From: a virus
Taxonomy: Duplodnaviria; Caudoviricetes
IMG/VR virus record: IMGVR_UViG_3300037423_001014
Coordinates: 1 to 34,701 of that record
Reading direction: 5' to 3' (one strand)
DNA: 34,701 nucleotides
Both the position numbers and the translations under genes were made by a program. Below are positions 33,912 to 34,701 of the stretch, piece after piece. Position 1 is the first letter of the stretch; each line of letters starts with the position of its first letter. The notes below the pieces were generated by a model. The model did no database searches. It worked only from the letters and a program-made list of their open reading frames with translations, and was not told the origin of the DNA.

Positions 33912-34701
33912 CGACCGGATCCTCAACGAGCTGTTCGGTTTCGTGGCCCGCTGCGCAACACAATCGGCCGCGTACGAACAGGACTACATCGTCACGGTGG
34001 GCACGGCCCGGCACATGGCCGGCTCTCTCACCCGCTACCAGCAGCTCGCCGCGGCCGCGAAGCGCTGCGGCTACTGGACCGAGACAACGATCACCGACGA
34101 GGACGGCCAGGAACGGCCCGCGTGGAAGCTCGTCGAGGAAGAGGATCTGTTCCACATGATCCTCAAGGAAGAACGCGCCTGGACGAACCAGAGGAAGAAG
34201 GACGCCCGTGACCCATCCCTGACGGTGCCGGTCCGGTGGCGCGACGGGGACGCCTGTCGACGCTGCGGGAAGACCGTCTCATGGACAGACCGCAAATCCG
34301 GCAGGGCCGGAACCTACGACCACACCGAACCCGGCCAAGCCGCCCACGTTGGCTCCCTCGTCGTCTGCTGTAAGGAATGCAACTCCAAACGGCAAGACGA
34401 CCCATCCGGTAACTGGCCGCTCCTCGCGGCCCCGAAGACCCCCCTGTACGGACCCGAAACCGTTGAATTCCTCGGAAAGCACGGCGTCGAGGTCCAGCCC
34501 AGCTACACCAAGACTCCCGCGCGAGCGCCCGGCACGGCCCCAGCCGCCCCGAACTCCGCGGTCGAGCCCCCAGCCGAACCGGCCGGGGTACAGGGCGATC
34601 TGCCAGATCCCGGCAGATCAGAGGTCTCCCGGATCAAGCCGCGTCGGGACGGGACGGGTCGGGTCGGGTCAGGTCAGGACGGGAAGGGAAGCAATGCCGA
34701 T
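33835..34701 (+). CDS. Putative replication initiator with HNH domain (continues to 196 across the junction; 311 aa)
   Basis: AGGAGG RBS; MPWLKQGD..ANHP N-terminus as in actinophage RepA-like proteins; RDGDACRRCG...YDH...LVVCCKECNSKR HNH motif; not in ORF track because it lacks a stop inside the window. Confidence 0.8.
   Translation, partial: MPWLKQGDAAANHPIVLSALELDEADDRILNELFGFVARCATQSAAYEQDYIVTVGTARHMAGSLTRYQQLAAAAKRCGYWTETTITDEDGQERPAWKLVEEEDLFHMILKEERAWTNQRKKDARDPSLTVPVRWRDGDACRRCGKTVSWTDRKSGRAGTYDHTEPGQAAHVGSLVVCCKECNSKRQDDPSGNWPLLAAPKTPLYGPETVEFLGKHGVEVQPSYTKTPARAPGTAPAAPNSAVEPPAEPAGVQGDLPDPGRSEVSRIKPRRDGTGRVGSGQDGKGSNAD
34575..34701. repeat. 127-bp terminal direct repeat (copy 2)
   Basis: Identical to 1-127. 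Confidence 0.95.

Noticed and set aside
34575-34701. 127-bp repeat as a biological terminal repeat
   Set aside because: The length equals a common assembler k-mer, it falls mid-gene, and HNH/terminase synteny points to ends near 2513-2709

Overview
The window is an apparently complete, circularly assembled genome of a temperate actinobacterial siphovirus: about 34.57 kb unique, GC-rich, with positions 1-127 repeated exactly at 34575-34701. A Micrococcales-type host is an inference. Gene order on the + strand: late-control region, HNH, terminase small/large, portal, HK97-type protease and capsid, head-tail and tail genes (tail chaperone with a -1 frameshift, tape measure, minor tails), then a lysis cassette. 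A reverse-strand lipoprotein and tyrosine integrase, a tRNA-Ser-type attP and a repressor/Cro switch follow. The early operon carries an excisionase-like HTH, a ParB-domain protein, many small ORFs and a Rep-HNH protein that spans the assembly junction. Most unusual observations: (1) an unannotated 46-aa truncated Cro/XRE paralog convergent on the repressor, preceded by operator-like palindromes and a perfect match to the core of the DosR/DevR box, which suggests a host-signal-wired third element of the lysis/lysogeny switch; (2) a PLD(HKD) enzyme and a permuted NlpC/P60 enzyme inserted between endolysin and holin; (3) operator palindromes over the start codons of probably leaderless int, cro and repressor mRNAs; (4) a multi-branched candidate structured RNA in the early operon. 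All calls come from reading motifs and synteny by eye; no database searches were run.
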